Positions 32,356 to 43,929 of a DNA stretch of 64,000 nucleotides are shown in pieces. The DNA is taken from the NCBI GenBank assembly GCA_031257835.1, contig JAIRNY010000026.1, positions 43,025 through 107,024 of the forward strand, in the 5' to 3' direction. The notes below the pieces were generated by a model. That model saw only the letters and a program-made list of their open reading frames with translations. It did no database searches and was not told where the DNA came from. Positions within the stretch are counted from its first letter, which is position 1. Every line of letters starts with the position of its first letter. The position numbers and the translations under genes are program-made. Origin of the DNA: Candidatus Endomicrobiellum cryptotermitis (lineage in GTDB: Bacteria; Elusimicrobiota; Endomicrobiia; Endomicrobiales; Endomicrobiaceae).

Positions 32356-33939
32356 TTATAGATAGGCTCTATAGTCTATGTTTGGGAAAATATTATTTTT
32401 ATGTTCTAGATTTTGCAAGTACATCTCATCTAAAGAATTAGAGCTTATTTGAGTATATAAATTTGAAAAACTAATCAAATGATCTTTTGTCCTTTTAATT
32501 GCATAGTCAACCATTGTACCGGTCGTCATAATAAAGGCCCAATCTGAAGACTGAGCAAGTAAAAGTTCTCTTGCAGATTGTTTTAACGCTCTTTCTAAAA
32601 CTCCACTAGCATTAGGAAATTTATTTGCAAGTTCTATCATCCTATCCTGAGCTTTATGTAAGTGCCTATATATGTAATCATTTGAGCCATTTAACCAAAC
32701 TTCATAGTAACCTTTATCTCCCCAAGATGAAGCTGCAATATCTACAACCTGGTTTACAGGAAATTTATCAAGATATTCCACAGGAGTTATAGGTTTTATA
32801 ATATTTTGATCATAGTACATTTTTCTAAACAAATAATTTATAAATTCTGGTCCTTCAAACCACCAATGCCCAAAAAGTTCTGCATCATACATAGAAACAA
32901 TTATAGGTTTCCTGCCAAAAACTTCAAACAAATGTTCTGCTTGTTTTGTTCTGTTAAACAAAAAATTGCCTGCATGTTCTTGAGCTTTATCATTAGCCCA
33001 CTGTGGTACATAAGATTGTTTATCACCTAAAGATACTTGCCCTGTAATTCTATGATATTTCATGCCTATATTTCTTCTTATGCCATCAGAATGTAAATAT
33101 GGTTTTATATAATCATAATCTAAATCATATCCTAAATCTCTGTAAAATTCTCTATACACAGGGTCTCCAGGATAACCAGTTTGGGCACTCCAAACCTGAT
33201 GAGCAGTTTCTATATCTCTAGAAAATGCAGCCACACCACTTTGAGAATATATTGGCGCAAAAATTCCATACTTGGGACGAGGTGTCCCATACAAAAAAGC
33301 GTGAGATTCTGTAAAAAAAAACCTCAAATTTTCTTCAGCCAAAATTTTATCTATACCAGGGTAATAAGCACACTCAGAAAGCCATATACCATTTGGTTTT
33401 TTACCAAAGTATCTCTGATAGTCCTGGCACGCAACTCTAATTTGCGCTCTTTGAGCTTTTTCGTTGTTCATTAAAGGTAAAAAACCATGTGTCGCACAAC
33501 AAGTTACAATTTCAATTTTTCCTAAATCCTGAAGCTTTTTATACCCTAAAAGAATATTACTATTATATTTTTCCCATAATCTTTTACAATTCAAAAAATG
33601 TTCATAATACATTTTTGTCACATCTTGGAACTCTTTCTTATCTTTTGTCCTGTCTAACTCTTTAGCAGCAAGTTCTATATGTTTATTTAATCGAACATAA
33701 TAGCGTTCTTGTAAAAGGCTGTCTGCAAGCATGTTACATAAAGGAGGTGTGATAGTCATTGTAAGTCTAAAATCAACATTATCTTCTACAAATTTCTCAA
33801 ATACCGATAAAAGCGGAAGATATGTTTCAGAAATTGCTTCATATAGCCAATCTTCCTCTAAAAAATCTGGATATTCCGGATGTCTAACATGTGGAAGGTG
33901 AGCATGCAATTGTAAACACCAATAGCCTTTATTATTCAT
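32356..33939 (-). CDS. GH57 family 1,4-alpha-glucan branching enzyme (DUF1957)
   Basis: LHAHLP, EEDWLYEAISETYLPL, ATHGFLP, W..ECAY, YDAELFGHWWFEG, LLAQSSDW. Confidence 0.92.
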   Translation of the reverse strand: MNNKGYWCLQLHAHLPHVRHPEYPDFLEEDWLYEAISETYLPLLSVFEKFVEDNVDFRLTMTITPPLCNMLADSLLQERYYVRLNKHIELAAKELDRTKDKKEFQDVTKMYYEHFLNCKRLWEKYNSNILLGYKKLQDLGKIEIVTCCATHGFLPLMNNEKAQRAQIRVACQDYQRYFGKKPNGIWLSECAYYPGIDKILAEENLRFFFTESHAFLYGTPRPKYGIFAPIYSQSGVAAFSRDIETAHQVWSAQTGYPGDPVYREFYRDLGYDLDYDYIKPYLHSDGIRRNIGMKYHRITGQVSLGDKQSYVPQWANDKAQEHAGNFLFNRTKQAEHLFEVFGRKPIIVSMYDAELFGHWWFEGPEFINYLFRKMYYDQNIIKPITPVEYLDKFPVNQVVDIAASSWGDKGYYEVWLNGSNDYIYRHLHKAQDRMIELANKFPNASGVLERALKQSARELLLAQSSDWAFIMTTGTMVDYAIKRTKDHLISFSNLYTQISSNSLDEMYLQNLEHKNNIFPNIDYRAYL

Positions 33940-33995
33940 AAAAAAACCTCAAAAAATTTTTAAACTAATAACTTAAAGGATGGCTAGAACTAGCC

Positions 33996-34629
33996 TTAAC
34001 CACCAAACACTTTACTTGAAGGAAGTTTTAAAAATTCTTCCCAATGTGTTTGTATAGCTTTTATTAAATCATACGAGCTAAAAGACTTGTTTACATCATT
34101 AAGACATCTGAAGAAGCTTCTCAAACTCTAATCTTAAAGATGCCCACTGTTCTTCTGTAATATTTGAAACACCATACCGCGGGCTAACAAGGGTGTTAGA
34201 CCTTGCTATAGTTATAAATTTTCCGTCTTTTAGAAAGTAACCTAACTCCACACACCAAGAACGATTATATTCTCCTAAATTTATGTACCAACTCAAAGCA
34301 TTGTGGTATACTTTTACATCAAAATATTTATTAGCATTAAAGCCATTAAAATTAATATATGAAATATCATAAACCCTTAAAACTAAAGATAAGGTGTTAA
34401 AAGGTTCTCCATATTTATTGGGAAATTCTTCAATTACATATGTAGAAATTTCCCAGTATGCGTATATCCAAATTGGATCTTTTGGAAGTATAACTATTTT
34501 TGTGGCATTGTATGTTTGTGGCAGGTCACAATCTTTATAACAAATCTCTTTTTCGGATTTATTTAATTTGGAACTCAGATTTTCTTTAGTAAGAATCATA
34601 CCAAATTCCTTAATAACTGTAATTGACAC
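33996..34629 (-). pseudogene. DUF4912 domain protein with C-terminal frameshift
   Basis: LPQTYN.TKIVILPKDP.WIYAYWEI..ARSN; stop at 34099 with plausible coding sequence continuing in another frame to about 33996. The main domain may still be functional. Confidence 0.65.
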
Positions 34630-34656
34630 AGAGATTTTATAGATTTTACCTTTTTT

Positions 34657-35940
34657 TTACAAACAATTCAATTTTTCAACTAAACTTCTAGCATCATTGA
34701 TGTTTTTTTCAATAAAAGAGTATTCCCAAGACCCATATCTACCTATAGAAAAAATATTATGTTTACCAAAAAAATCATTTATTTCTTTTAAAGACTTTTC
34801 TCGGTTTTTATCAAAAATAACATAAGCATAAGGCATATCAATAACATTAAAAGCGACAACTTTATCATTATTTCTAATAAAGTTAATTTTTCTTAAATCT
34901 TCTATTATATTTTCTGTATTTTTATATTTCTTACCATTAAAAGAAGAATACTCCACATAAAGACTATAACAATCTTTAGGAGCATTATTTGGATTAACGT
35001 TTGAATATATGCCAACTCTAAAAAAAGAAAATCTATTTTCCGGGAAATATACCCAGTGCTTATTTTTTAATGTTTTTGGTATTCCTCTACTAGATTTTAT
35101 GCCTATGTTTATACATCTAACGCCACTAAACAAGAATTTTTCTGAAGCCTTCTTTACAATTTTAGGAACATTGTTTATTTGTTTTAATAACTCCAAAATA
35201 GGCTGCGTTGATATAATTCTATCATATTTATAATGTTTACCATTTTGGCAATAAATTATTTTGTTTTTTATATCTATTGTTGTCGTCTCAGAATTAAAAT
35301 TAACTTTAACTTTTTTTAGCAAACCATCTATTAGAGCACCACAACCATTCTTTTTAGGATAATAAAATACACTATTATATCCGTACTCTTCTTTATTCTT
35401 ATCGTATGCAGACTTTATTATGCTTTCTATATCCGGTTTGGGCACAAATTGTCCTACCCAAGCAGCACTCATTTTACTTAAATTATAGCTCCATAACTTT
35501 TTATTATACGGAGCCATAAAATATTTTGTAATTCCCTCACCAAACATAGATTTTGACCAATCTAAAAAAGACATATTTTGATGTATATCTACATTTTTCC
35601 TTTTAATTATGCCATCTAAACATTCCTGTTTTATTTTTTCTGGAAGATAACTTAAGTTTGCCTGAAATGGGTAGGGCACAAAAATTTCATTTATATATAT
35701 ATAAGCATTCCTCTTAATTTCAAAAAGTCCACCAGAAACTTTATTTACAATTTTTTTTACTTTTTCGTCTTTTACATGAATAAAATGGCCTGAACAGTCA
35801 AAAATAAAGCCATCTTTACAATAGGAAGCACAAAGCCCACCAGCATAACTATTACGTTCTAAAACTTTATAGGGTTTTTTTAAAAAATATGCACTAGTTA
35901 AACCAGTAATCCCTGCTCCTATTATAATGATCTTATTCAT
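34657..35940 (-). CDS. FAD-dependent oxidoreductase (protoporphyrinogen oxidase-like fold)
   Basis: IIGAGITGL, GGLC.S, FD.SGH, SIGRYGSWEY. Confidence 0.82.
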   Translation of the reverse strand: MNKIIIIGAGITGLTSAYFLKKPYKVLERNSYAGGLCASYCKDGFIFDCSGHFIHVKDEKVKKIVNKVSGGLFEIKRNAYIYINEIFVPYPFQANLSYLPEKIKQECLDGIIKRKNVDIHQNMSFLDWSKSMFGEGITKYFMAPYNKKLWSYNLSKMSAAWVGQFVPKPDIESIIKSAYDKNKEEYGYNSVFYYPKKNGCGALIDGLLKKVKVNFNSETTTIDIKNKIIYCQNGKHYKYDRIISTQPILELLKQINNVPKIVKKASEKFLFSGVRCINIGIKSSRGIPKTLKNKHWVYFPENRFSFFRVGIYSNVNPNNAPKDCYSLYVEYSSFNGKKYKNTENIIEDLRKINFIRNNDKVVAFNVIDMPYAYVIFDKNREKSLKEINDFFGKHNIFSIGRYGSWEYSFIEKNINDARSLVEKLNCL

Positions 35941-36974
35941 TACTCAACCTTTACAGAAACTAAAGTTATACTAATTCCCCACATTAAAATACCAACTGCA
36001 ATAAAAAGAAGTAGAGCACTAAACATGCTTAAAGTAGTAAACAAATAAGCACACACCGAAAAGAATAAACAAGCAATATAAGTATTTATAAGTATTTGTT
36101 TTTTTGAAAACCCCATTTTACTTAAACGTAAAGCATAATGGTCTTTACTTCCAATAAATGGAAGTATACCTTTTTGTATCCTACATATACTTACTAAAAA
36201 AGTCTCATAAATAGGTATGGCTAGTACAAAAACCGGAGCAAACAGGCCTATATTACTAACTGAAGAATAAGACGTGCCAAGAGAAATACAAGCTACTACA
36301 AAACCAACAAACAAGCTACCTGTATCTCCCATAAATATTTTTTTTGATACAGAAAAATTATAAGGCATAAAACCAAGTAAAGCTCCAGCTAAAGCCACTG
36401 AACAAAAATTAATATAACGCATTTGAGTTGACAATGATATAAATAAAAATGTAAAAGAAGCTATCACCGCTATACCACTAGAAAGACCATCCATTATGTC
36501 TATAATATTAAACGCATTTGTTATGCCCATTATCCAAAATATGCTTATTAGACACGACAACCAATATATAGGGATAAAATCCATCCTAATATTAAACAAA
36601 AATACTATTATTGACGCCGATAAAAATTGAATAACAAGTTTAGGTTTAAACCCAAGACCACCTTTTCTGATATCATCAAATAATCCTACTATAAGCATCA
36701 TAAAAGCCCCAAATATAATGCCTCTTAAGTTTCTCAAAGTTAATGTAGGAAAAGATGTAATCACTCTAATTAAAAGTAAAGATAGGATCCAAGCAAAAGC
36801 TATAGCAATGCCCCCCAAGTATGGAATGCTTACTTTATGTGTTTTAATTTTTGTGGTAGGACCATCTAAAATATTTAATTTTATAGCTAAAAATCTACAA
36901 ATTGGCGTAAAAATAACTGAAATTAAAACAGCTATAAAAAAAGAATATACATATAGTAAATTTTCATGCATCAT
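35940..36974 (-). CDS. Undecaprenyl-phosphate GlcNAc-1-phosphate transferase (WecA/TagO, GT4 family)
   Basis: PYLGG, GLFDD, NAFNIIDIMDGL, IFMGDTGS; many TMs. Confidence 0.9.
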   Translation of the reverse strand: MMHENLLYVYSFFIAVLISVIFTPICRFLAIKLNILDGPTTKIKTHKVSIPYLGGIAIAFAWILSLLLIRVITSFPTLTLRNLRGIIFGAFMMLIVGLFDDIRKGGLGFKPKLVIQFLSASIIVFLFNIRMDFIPIYWLSCLISIFWIMGITNAFNIIDIMDGLSSGIAVIASFTFLFISLSTQMRYINFCSVALAGALLGFMPYNFSVSKKIFMGDTGSLFVGFVVACISLGTSYSSVSNIGLFAPVFVLAIPIYETFLVSICRIQKGILPFIGSKDHYALRLSKMGFSKKQILINTYIACLFFSVCAYLFTTLSMFSALLLFIAVGILMWGISITLVSVKVE

Positions 36975-37971
36975 TTTCTCGTTGACTGTCCTTTGTTTCT
37001 GCGACTTTAAATAAGTCTACTAAAGATAACTTTGTTTTAAATATGCACACAAATCCTAAAGTGAACACTCCCACTAATCCTACTATATGATATATAGCAA
37101 TACATGTAAAAGCTAAATTTTTGTCTACTCCTAAAGCAGACAAAGACAAAACCCCCATAAGTTCAAAAGCGCCAAAATAACCAGGTACAGTAGGTACTAT
37201 AGAACCCACACCTATTATGATAATAGTAAAAATTGCTCCTAAAACGGAAAGATTTATTCCACATGCATACGCTACAATAACAATAACTAGAGACTCTGTT
37301 CCCCACACAATTACCGACATAATAGAAACCTTAAATAAAACTATCGGCTTTTTAAGTATTATTAACCCACTTGCAAATTTATCTAAAAAACTAAAAATGA
37401 TAGATTTTATCTTACTTGAAATAGATAATTTAGATAATATTTCAATCATTTTTTCTCTATGAGTTATAATTATATAAAGAACAACAAAACATAAAATGGC
37501 GATAGTAAATAAAACATAAAACGAACGTTCTAGTATACTAGCAAAAGGCATAAAGAAAAATATCAAAAAAAAGAATAAAATAAATATCAATATATCAAAT
37601 AATCTCTCTATTACAATAGTAGCAAGTGTAGCACTACTGGCAATAGCCAAATATTTTCCTGTTATTTTTGCTCTTATAAACTCTCCTAATCTTAAGGGGA
37701 CAATATTATTTGCAAAAAAGCCAAGAGTAGTATATGGAAAATTCTCTAATACTTTAGTCTTTTTCAATGGCAATAAAATAAAATAATATCTTATAGCCCT
37801 TAAAACATAAGTAGAAATACACACCATTAAAGCTGGAAATAAAAACCAGTAGTTAACACTTTTTATAAGACTTAACGATCTTCTAAAATCTATTTGCCTT
37901 AAAGTCAAATATGCTAAAACTACACTCACAAGTATACACATTATTATTTTTAAAAAGTGATTTTTAAACAT
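36964..37971 (-). CDS. Lysylphosphatidylglycerol synthase TM-domain (flippase-like) protein
   Basis: GFFANNIVPLRLGEFIRA, IERLFD, PGYFGAFE; probable start MFKNHF at 37971. Confidence 0.85.
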   Translation of the reverse strand: MFKNHFLKIIMCILVSVVLAYLTLRQIDFRRSLSLIKSVNYWFLFPALMVCISTYVLRAIRYYFILLPLKKTKVLENFPYTTLGFFANNIVPLRLGEFIRAKITGKYLAIASSATLATIVIERLFDILIFILFFFLIFFFMPFASILERSFYVLFTIAILCFVVLYIIITHREKMIEILSKLSISSKIKSIIFSFLDKFASGLIILKKPIVLFKVSIMSVIVWGTESLVIVIVAYACGINLSVLGAIFTIIIIGVGSIVPTVPGYFGAFELMGVLSLSALGVDKNLAFTCIAIYHIVGLVGVFTLGFVCIFKTKLSLVDLFKVAETKDSQRENDA

Positions 37972-39191
37972 TCTCTGCTGCCCCAAATTTATTAGAGTAT
38001 CGTAATGCTGGTAATACAAAAAGTTAAACGGATCCATTAATATAGCTTTATCTATATATTTCTTTACATCTGCTTTATTACCATAAAAACTATAAAGCCA
38101 CGCAAGTTGATAATAATAATTACTATCATATTTATTTAAACTTAAAGAACGAGTATACAAATTTATAGCAATTTCTATAAAAATCTTGTTCTTAGTTTTT
38201 TGATATTTGTAAAAGTAAATATCTGCAAGCTTTGCCAAACTTTCAGGATTTAAACTATCGTTGTATATAGAATCAATAAAAAATTTTGCGCAACTGGATA
38301 CTTACCATTAGAAAAATAATAAAGACCTTTTTTATATTGCTCATTAGCATAAACAGGTTTCCCCAAAGCAAAAACAAAAGGTAAAAACAAGATAATAAGA
38401 AGATGAGCATCGATTTTATGTTTTCTTTTTTTAATATCTTTATTTTGTTTGATAGGCACAGCCAAAATGAAAAAAAGTAATAACATATTAGTTGAAATAA
38501 ACGCAGAAGAGTTAAAAAAATTGTAAACTAAAAAAGATATACAAGCAACAAGAATAGAAAGATAAAAATTTTTATTTTCTTTTATTTTTTTAAAAACATA
38601 ATAAAAGAACACTATAAGGACTAACATAAAAAGAATAAATCCAAAAATGCCATTTTCACATAACACTTGCAAAAATATATTATCTATACTAGAAACATCC
38701 ACATTTTCTATAAAACTATAAGCACTTGATACAGTTTTGTAATTGTTAAAACCAACACCAACTAAAAAATTATCTTTTATTACAAAAAGAGCTGTTTTCC
38801 ATAAAAGTATTTTATTAGAAAAAAAATCAACTTTAAAAAACCAATAACAATAAAGCATTGAATTTAAAACAAAAAATAAAGAAAAAATAGTTTTTATTTT
38901 GTGTTTTTTAAAGAAAAATATACTAGTGGCAAAAACTAAACAAGCTATAATTATTGCTATCGTAAATTTTGTTAATAAAATTGCAAAAACATTATATTTG
39001 TTCAAATTAAATTTAAAATTATTGAAAAGTGAAACAAATATCACACTAAGAAAAGCAAAGACTGTAGTATACACATTAAAAGATGGCAAAAAACGAGAAA
39101 ATATTGAAAAAATAAAAGCTATGACAATTACAAATCCTAAAAAATTAAAGTTTCCAAAATCAAAGTTTCTTACATTAACTTGCGAAAGCAT
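37972..39191 (-). pseudogene. O-antigen ligase-like membrane protein with C-terminal TPR, frameshifted
   Basis: LWKTA..GVGFNNY..DNIFLQVLCENGIFGF; frame break at the A6 run 38278-38283; TPR-like tail runs into the next gene without a stop. Confidence 0.65.
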
Positions 39192-39192
39192 G

Positions 39193-39864
39193 CTAAACCC
39201 CTAACAACTTAGTAAGAAATTGTGTTTCAAATAAAAAAAAATCGTCTAGCAATATACTAGGTTGTGGAAGAAATACTGTTAAAAATGATCCTACAGATAA
39301 AAAAGGACCAAAAGCTATATAATCTTTTCTTGTTATTTTTTTAGCTATTATCAAACCGAACCCTACTATACTTGCTAAAACAGCAGCTATAAAAATTGCA
39401 AACAAAACTTTTTGACAACCTATAAAAGCTCCCACTCCTGCCATTAGTTTTACATCTCCAAGACCTATAACTTCTTTTTTATAAATTAAGTCCCCTAAAA
39501 AACTAACTAAAAATAAAGAACCTGCTCCAACAATTATGCCAAACAAGGAATGTAAAAATCTAAAAAAAATATTTTCACCTAAAGACACATTTAAAAAACT
39601 GAATATAACACCAAAAATAACCATAAGGACAGGAAACACTGTAGGAATTATTCTATGGAAATAGTCTACCACAGAAATTGAAATCAAAGAATAAACAAAA
39701 AAAGCAAACAAAAAGAAAGAAACTGAAAAAGAATATTTGTAAAATAACAATGCTAAAGAAAATGCTGTAATAAGCTTAATTAAAGAAGTTTTATATATTG
39801 TTTTCCCTATTTTATAACCTACATAATAAGCAAGAATTATACCTATAAGAGAGCCAAAAACCAT
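39193..39864 (-). CDS. A24 family prepilin peptidase lacking the N-terminal Cys-rich domain
   Basis: VVDYFHRIIP and GLGDVKL catalytic Asp motifs; IAFGPFL. Confidence 0.85.
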   Translation of the reverse strand: MVFGSLIGIILAYYVGYKIGKTIYKTSLIKLITAFSLALLFYKYSFSVSFFLFAFFVYSLISISVVDYFHRIIPTVFPVLMVIFGVIFSFLNVSLGENIFFRFLHSLFGIIVGAGSLFLVSFLGDLIYKKEVIGLGDVKLMAGVGAFIGCQKVLFAIFIAAVLASIVGFGLIIAKKITRKDYIAFGPFLSVGSFLTVFLPQPSILLDDFFLFETQFLTKLLGV

Positions 39865-40292
39865 TATAAGTTACTCCAATAATCACCACAAGAACAATTA
39901 ACCCAAATTTGTCCTTTATGTTTGCCAGTAGAATCTTTAACATCATTAACGCTATAAGCCCAACCGCCAGTATCTACATTATTTTCTAAATCATCTACAT
40001 GTATAGTATTTGACTTTTTATGACCAGAAATATAGGCATAAGGAATTTTTTGTATATACCCTTTTTCAACTAACTCTTTTGCAATATTAGCATTTGGATA
40101 TTTACCATTATTTTCACTGTAATACAAAGATATAGCATTTCTTAAAGAAGCAAGCCCTTTCTTGGTAGCAATATCTTCTGACTTTCTCAAAATATTTGAA
40201 AATTTTGGGACACTGACAAATAAAGTTACTGCTATCACTAAAATCGCTACCAATATTTCTAATGTTATAGTAATACTATTTCGCATATTCAT
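39864..40292 (-). CDS. Type II secretion/type IV pilin-like protein
   Basis: ITLEILVAILVI..P, LRNAISLYY..NGKYP; canonical G-F cleavage site appears altered. Confidence 0.7.
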   Translation of the reverse strand: MNMRNSITITLEILVAILVIAVTLFVSVPKFSNILRKSEDIATKKGLASLRNAISLYYSENNGKYPNANIAKELVEKGYIQKIPYAYISGHKKSNTIHVDDLENNVDTGGWAYSVNDVKDSTGKHKGQIWVNCSCGDYWSNL

Positions 40293-40789
40293 TTTTTGAT
40301 ATGTTCACAAAATCGTTTTTTTAGTTTTTCCCCGACACATTTTGGGACAAGGTCAGACATATTTCCACCAAACATTGCAATTTCTTTTACCATACTAGAA
40401 GATAAAAAGGTATAAGATTGGTCTGGTATTAGAAAAACTGTTTCTATTTTTTTGTTTAAATTCCTGTTCATTAACGCCATCTGAAACTCATATTCAAAGT
40501 CAGAAATCGCCCTTAACCCTCTTATTAAAACAAAAGAGTTCACCTGTTCCAAATAATCTGCCAAAAGTCCTGAAAATGATGTAACCTTAACATTTTTCAA
40601 ATTTTTTGTAGACTCCTTCAATAATTGCAATCTTTCGTTAAGAGAAAATGTGTGTGTTTTATTACAATTATCTGTTACTGCCACAATAATTTTAAAAAAA
40701 AGTTTAGATGATCTCTCTATAATATCTAAATGCCCATTAGTTGGTGGGTCAAAACTGCCTGGATAAACCGCTAAAATTTCTTGACTCAT
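40289..40789 (-). CDS. coaD: Phosphopantetheine adenylyltransferase
   Basis: YPGSFDPPTNGHLDII, RGLRAISDFEYE, SSSMVKE. Confidence 0.97.
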   Translation of the reverse strand: MSQEILAVYPGSFDPPTNGHLDIIERSSKLFFKIIVAVTDNCNKTHTFSLNERLQLLKESTKNLKNVKVTSFSGLLADYLEQVNSFVLIRGLRAISDFEYEFQMALMNRNLNKKIETVFLIPDQSYTFLSSSMVKEIAMFGGNMSDLVPKCVGEKLKKRFCEHIKK

Positions 40790-40981
40790 AATTTAAGTTT
40801 TATATCAATTTTCAAGCTGTTTTGTCAAAAAATTATCACCGTTGTTTACATATATTTCAAAAAAATAATATGAAAATTTTGATAAATTGACTCTTTTTTG
40901 CAAATACCTCTACTTTTTAAAATAACATTTTAAGATGCGAAATTCTTTTGTGGCATTCCATTCTACTTCAGTGATACATTT

Positions 40982-41326
40982 TTAAACTCTCAATCTATTG
41001 TATCCAACATCTTTTATGACCTTATTTATGAAACCACTTTTTCTTAATGTATAGACCGGAAATGACAATTTACCAACCTTTTGATGTGTAACTTCATCTT
41101 GCAAGATTTTCATTTTGATAGCCGCATATTCATCACATACTTTTGGATGAGTTCTCAGATAATCACGAAAACGAAGATTTAACTCAATTTCTGGGTGATT
41201 TTCATCAAAGAATAGATGCAGATTTACATTGGTATCTCCTCTTTTAGCAAACCCGCATTTTAAAGGAATATTCCATTCACATCGGTAAAAATAGTTTACT
41301 TTTTCTAAATTCTGTATCGTTTTTCC
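40982..41326 (-). pseudogene. GrpB/UPF0157 family fragment, 5'-truncated
   Basis: Manual translation: NLEKVNYFYRCEWNIPLKCGFAKRGDTNVNLHLF..LNLRFRDYLRTHPKVCDEYAAIK..YTLRKSGFI; no start codon. Confidence 0.75.
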
Positions 41327-41474
41327 TTATACTCACAGACAATAAATTTTATCTTTTCAAAAATGCCTACTTTTTTAAATATTTATTGATAGATACAACA
41401 TTTTCGGAATTTAGCTATTTCAAAGTTACTGTTTTTAAGTTAGGGCAAAGAATTCTACCACGTTTGATTAATTC

Positions 41475-41519
41475 TTGACATATTATTTAGACATTCATAC
41501 AATAACTATACTCAGTATA
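41475..41519 (+). promoter_or_regulatory. Sigma70 promoter plus small palindromic operator for the efflux operon
   Basis: TTGACA-17 bp-TACAAT (41475-41503) followed by TATACT-C-AGTATA (41507-41519). Confidence 0.6.
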
Positions 41520-41532
41520 ACATAGAGGAAAA

Positions 41533-42840
41533 ATAAAAAAATATTTCTCGTATACTATTTTTTTAGTTTTTTCCCATTGTATGCTCACAATATTACAACA
41601 TTATCACTTAAACAATGTGAAAACAGTGCAATAAACAAATATTACAAAGTTAAAGAAGCACAATACCGTGCTCAATCTGCACAACAAAACTTAAAGTCTA
41701 ATAATGTAAGTCTTTATATCCTACTTTAACTTTAAACGCAACAACTGGGTATATAGCATTTTGCCATCCTTATCTAGAATGGGAAACAAGGAAAGATTTG
41801 GCGACTATTGGAACTATTGTATAGGACCAACTCTCTCTTATCCACTGTTTGATAATGGCGCAAGAAACGTTAATTATAGAAGTGCACAAAAGTTATACGA
41901 ATCTAAACTTCAAAATCTAGAATGGGAAAAGAAAAATGTTATTGTGTCTGTACGTTTAAAATATTTTCAGATTCAAGCAGTATTAGAAAAAATATATACT
42001 TTAGGGGAAAGTCTAAATCTAGCTGAAAGCCAATATAAAGAATATAAAGACATAACAATAAATTACAAATTTGGGACTAAAAGTAAATTAGACTTATTAA
42101 TGGCAAATAAGCAAGTCTCATTAGCACAAAATCAAATAGAACTTGCACGGGCAAAGCTTTCTAAATGCTTAAGAGAATTGTTTATACTCACACAAGACAA
42201 CTTTAGTATAGATTTATCTTATCCTAACATTGAAACTGCAAGTTGTATACTTAAAGCAGATAATGTAACTGAATCAATAAAAGAATTTAGTGTTTATGAA
42301 AATTATATTTTTGATAACTCAAATCCACAAGTTTTATCATTAGATATGATAATGCAATATTACATTAACGTTGCAAACAGTTATAGATCACAAAAATGGC
42401 CCTCTATAAAATTGCAAGGAGGTGGGTACTATCAATATCCTAATGGGCCAGTAAAAGAAGAAATCTTACAAGGCACTGCTGATCTAATTTTATCCATGCC
42501 AATACTTGAATTTGGTAATAAAGAAGCATTATCAAAAGCAAACAAATTAACAAGCAAAGCACTAGAAGAACAAAAAATCGGACTTAAAATAGCTTTAAAC
42601 AAAGACTTTAATAATGCAAAAGATCAAATTTATGTAATACATATTCAAGAAAGTATAAATAATAAAATTGTTCAAGACAACCAAAAAATTGTAGAACTGA
42701 CATACACCTCTTATCAACTAGGACAAACAACATTTTTAGAAGTTCAAACAGCAAACTTTGAATTATCACAAAGTAAAATAGATTTAAAAATAGAAAAATT
42801 GGCTAACTTAGCAATAATAGCTGGAGTAGGAAAACAATAG
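41533..42840 (+). pseudogene. TolC-family outer membrane efflux protein pseudogene
   Basis: Signal-like N-terminus without ATG after GAGG; frameshifts near 41715-41760; LSYPLFDNG, KLDLL, YQLGQTTFLEV. Confidence 0.8.
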
Positions 42841-42848
42841 AGGGTTAT

Positions 42849-43565
42849 ATGAAAAAATTATTATTGTTTTATCCGCTTTGTTTTTAATTACGTTGTCAAT
42901 ATCATTATTATTCTTTAGACACCAAAAATTTAGTTACAGCGGAGTTGTGGAAGCTGTAGAAATAAATATTGCCCCGAAAATAACTGACAATATAGTAAAA
43001 TTTTATGTAAAAGAAGGCGACAAAGTAACAAAAGATCAAATACTGTTAGAATTAGATGGCAAAGATATTATAGCTGCTTATAATTATGCACAAACAGAAT
43101 TTGATAGAACATCAGAAATTTATAAACGCAACGCAACATCGAAACAAAACTATGACACAAAAAAATATAAATATGACGATGCCATAATAAAAAAAGATTG
43201 GCTAGTTCTTAAAAGCCCGATAAATGGAAAAATCTTATATAAATACTATAACGAAGGAGAGATGGTAACAATTGGGAAAAAAATTCTTACCATCGCAGAT
43301 CTAAAAGAAATAGATGTACGGGTATATATACCTCATAATAAAATAGCTTCAATAAATATCAATGGTAAAGTCATTGGATATCTTCCTGAAATTAACAAAA
43401 ATTTTACTGGGTATATATACACAATCAACGATGAAGCAGAGTTTACCCCAAGAATGTGCAAACAAGAAATGAAAGAGAGCGATTAGTTTATGGAGTAAAA
43501 ATACGTTTTAGTAACGACGACAATTTAACTCTAAAACCGGCATGACTCTGGAAGTGCAATTTTAA
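42849..43565 (+). pseudogene. HlyD/YbhG-like membrane fusion protein pseudogene
   Basis: SGVVEA, VKEGDKV, LKSPING, EAEFTP; frameshifts near the start and near 43450 (continues NVQTRNERERLVYGVKI). Confidence 0.82.
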
Positions 43566-43569
43566 TTAT

Positions 43570-43925
43570 ATGGACAATTATATCTCTGTTAACATAAACA
43601 AAGTAACAAAAATGATGCTTAACACAAAGGCATTAAACAATATTACTACTACATTTGAAGAGCATATAATACATGGTATTATAGGGCCAAATGGCGCTGG
43701 TAAAACTACACTTATACGTATTAATTGCAAGCTTGCTTAAAGCTGATAGCTGATAAAGGAAGTGTAAATTATACACTAGGCAATAAAAAATTAAGCGATA
43801 TAAAAAGATATGTAGGGTATTTTCCACAAGAGCCTAGCCTTTACCCAGATCTAAGCTGCCAAGAACATTTAGAATTTTTTAAAGCACTATGCAGAATAAA
43901 TGCCAATGATTTTAATGAACGATAG
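43570..43925 (+). pseudogene. ABC ATPase (YbhF-like) remnant
   Basis: GIIGPNGAGKTTLIR Walker A; VGYFPQEPSLYPDL Q-loop; frameshifted and truncated. Confidence 0.82.
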
Positions 43926-43929
43926 TATT

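Noticed and set aside
36964-38238. Novel TPR-flippase fusion protein (424-aa ORF)
   Set aside because: The TPR part is better explained as the frameshifted tail of the upstream O-ligase-like gene; a plausible own ATG lies at 37971.
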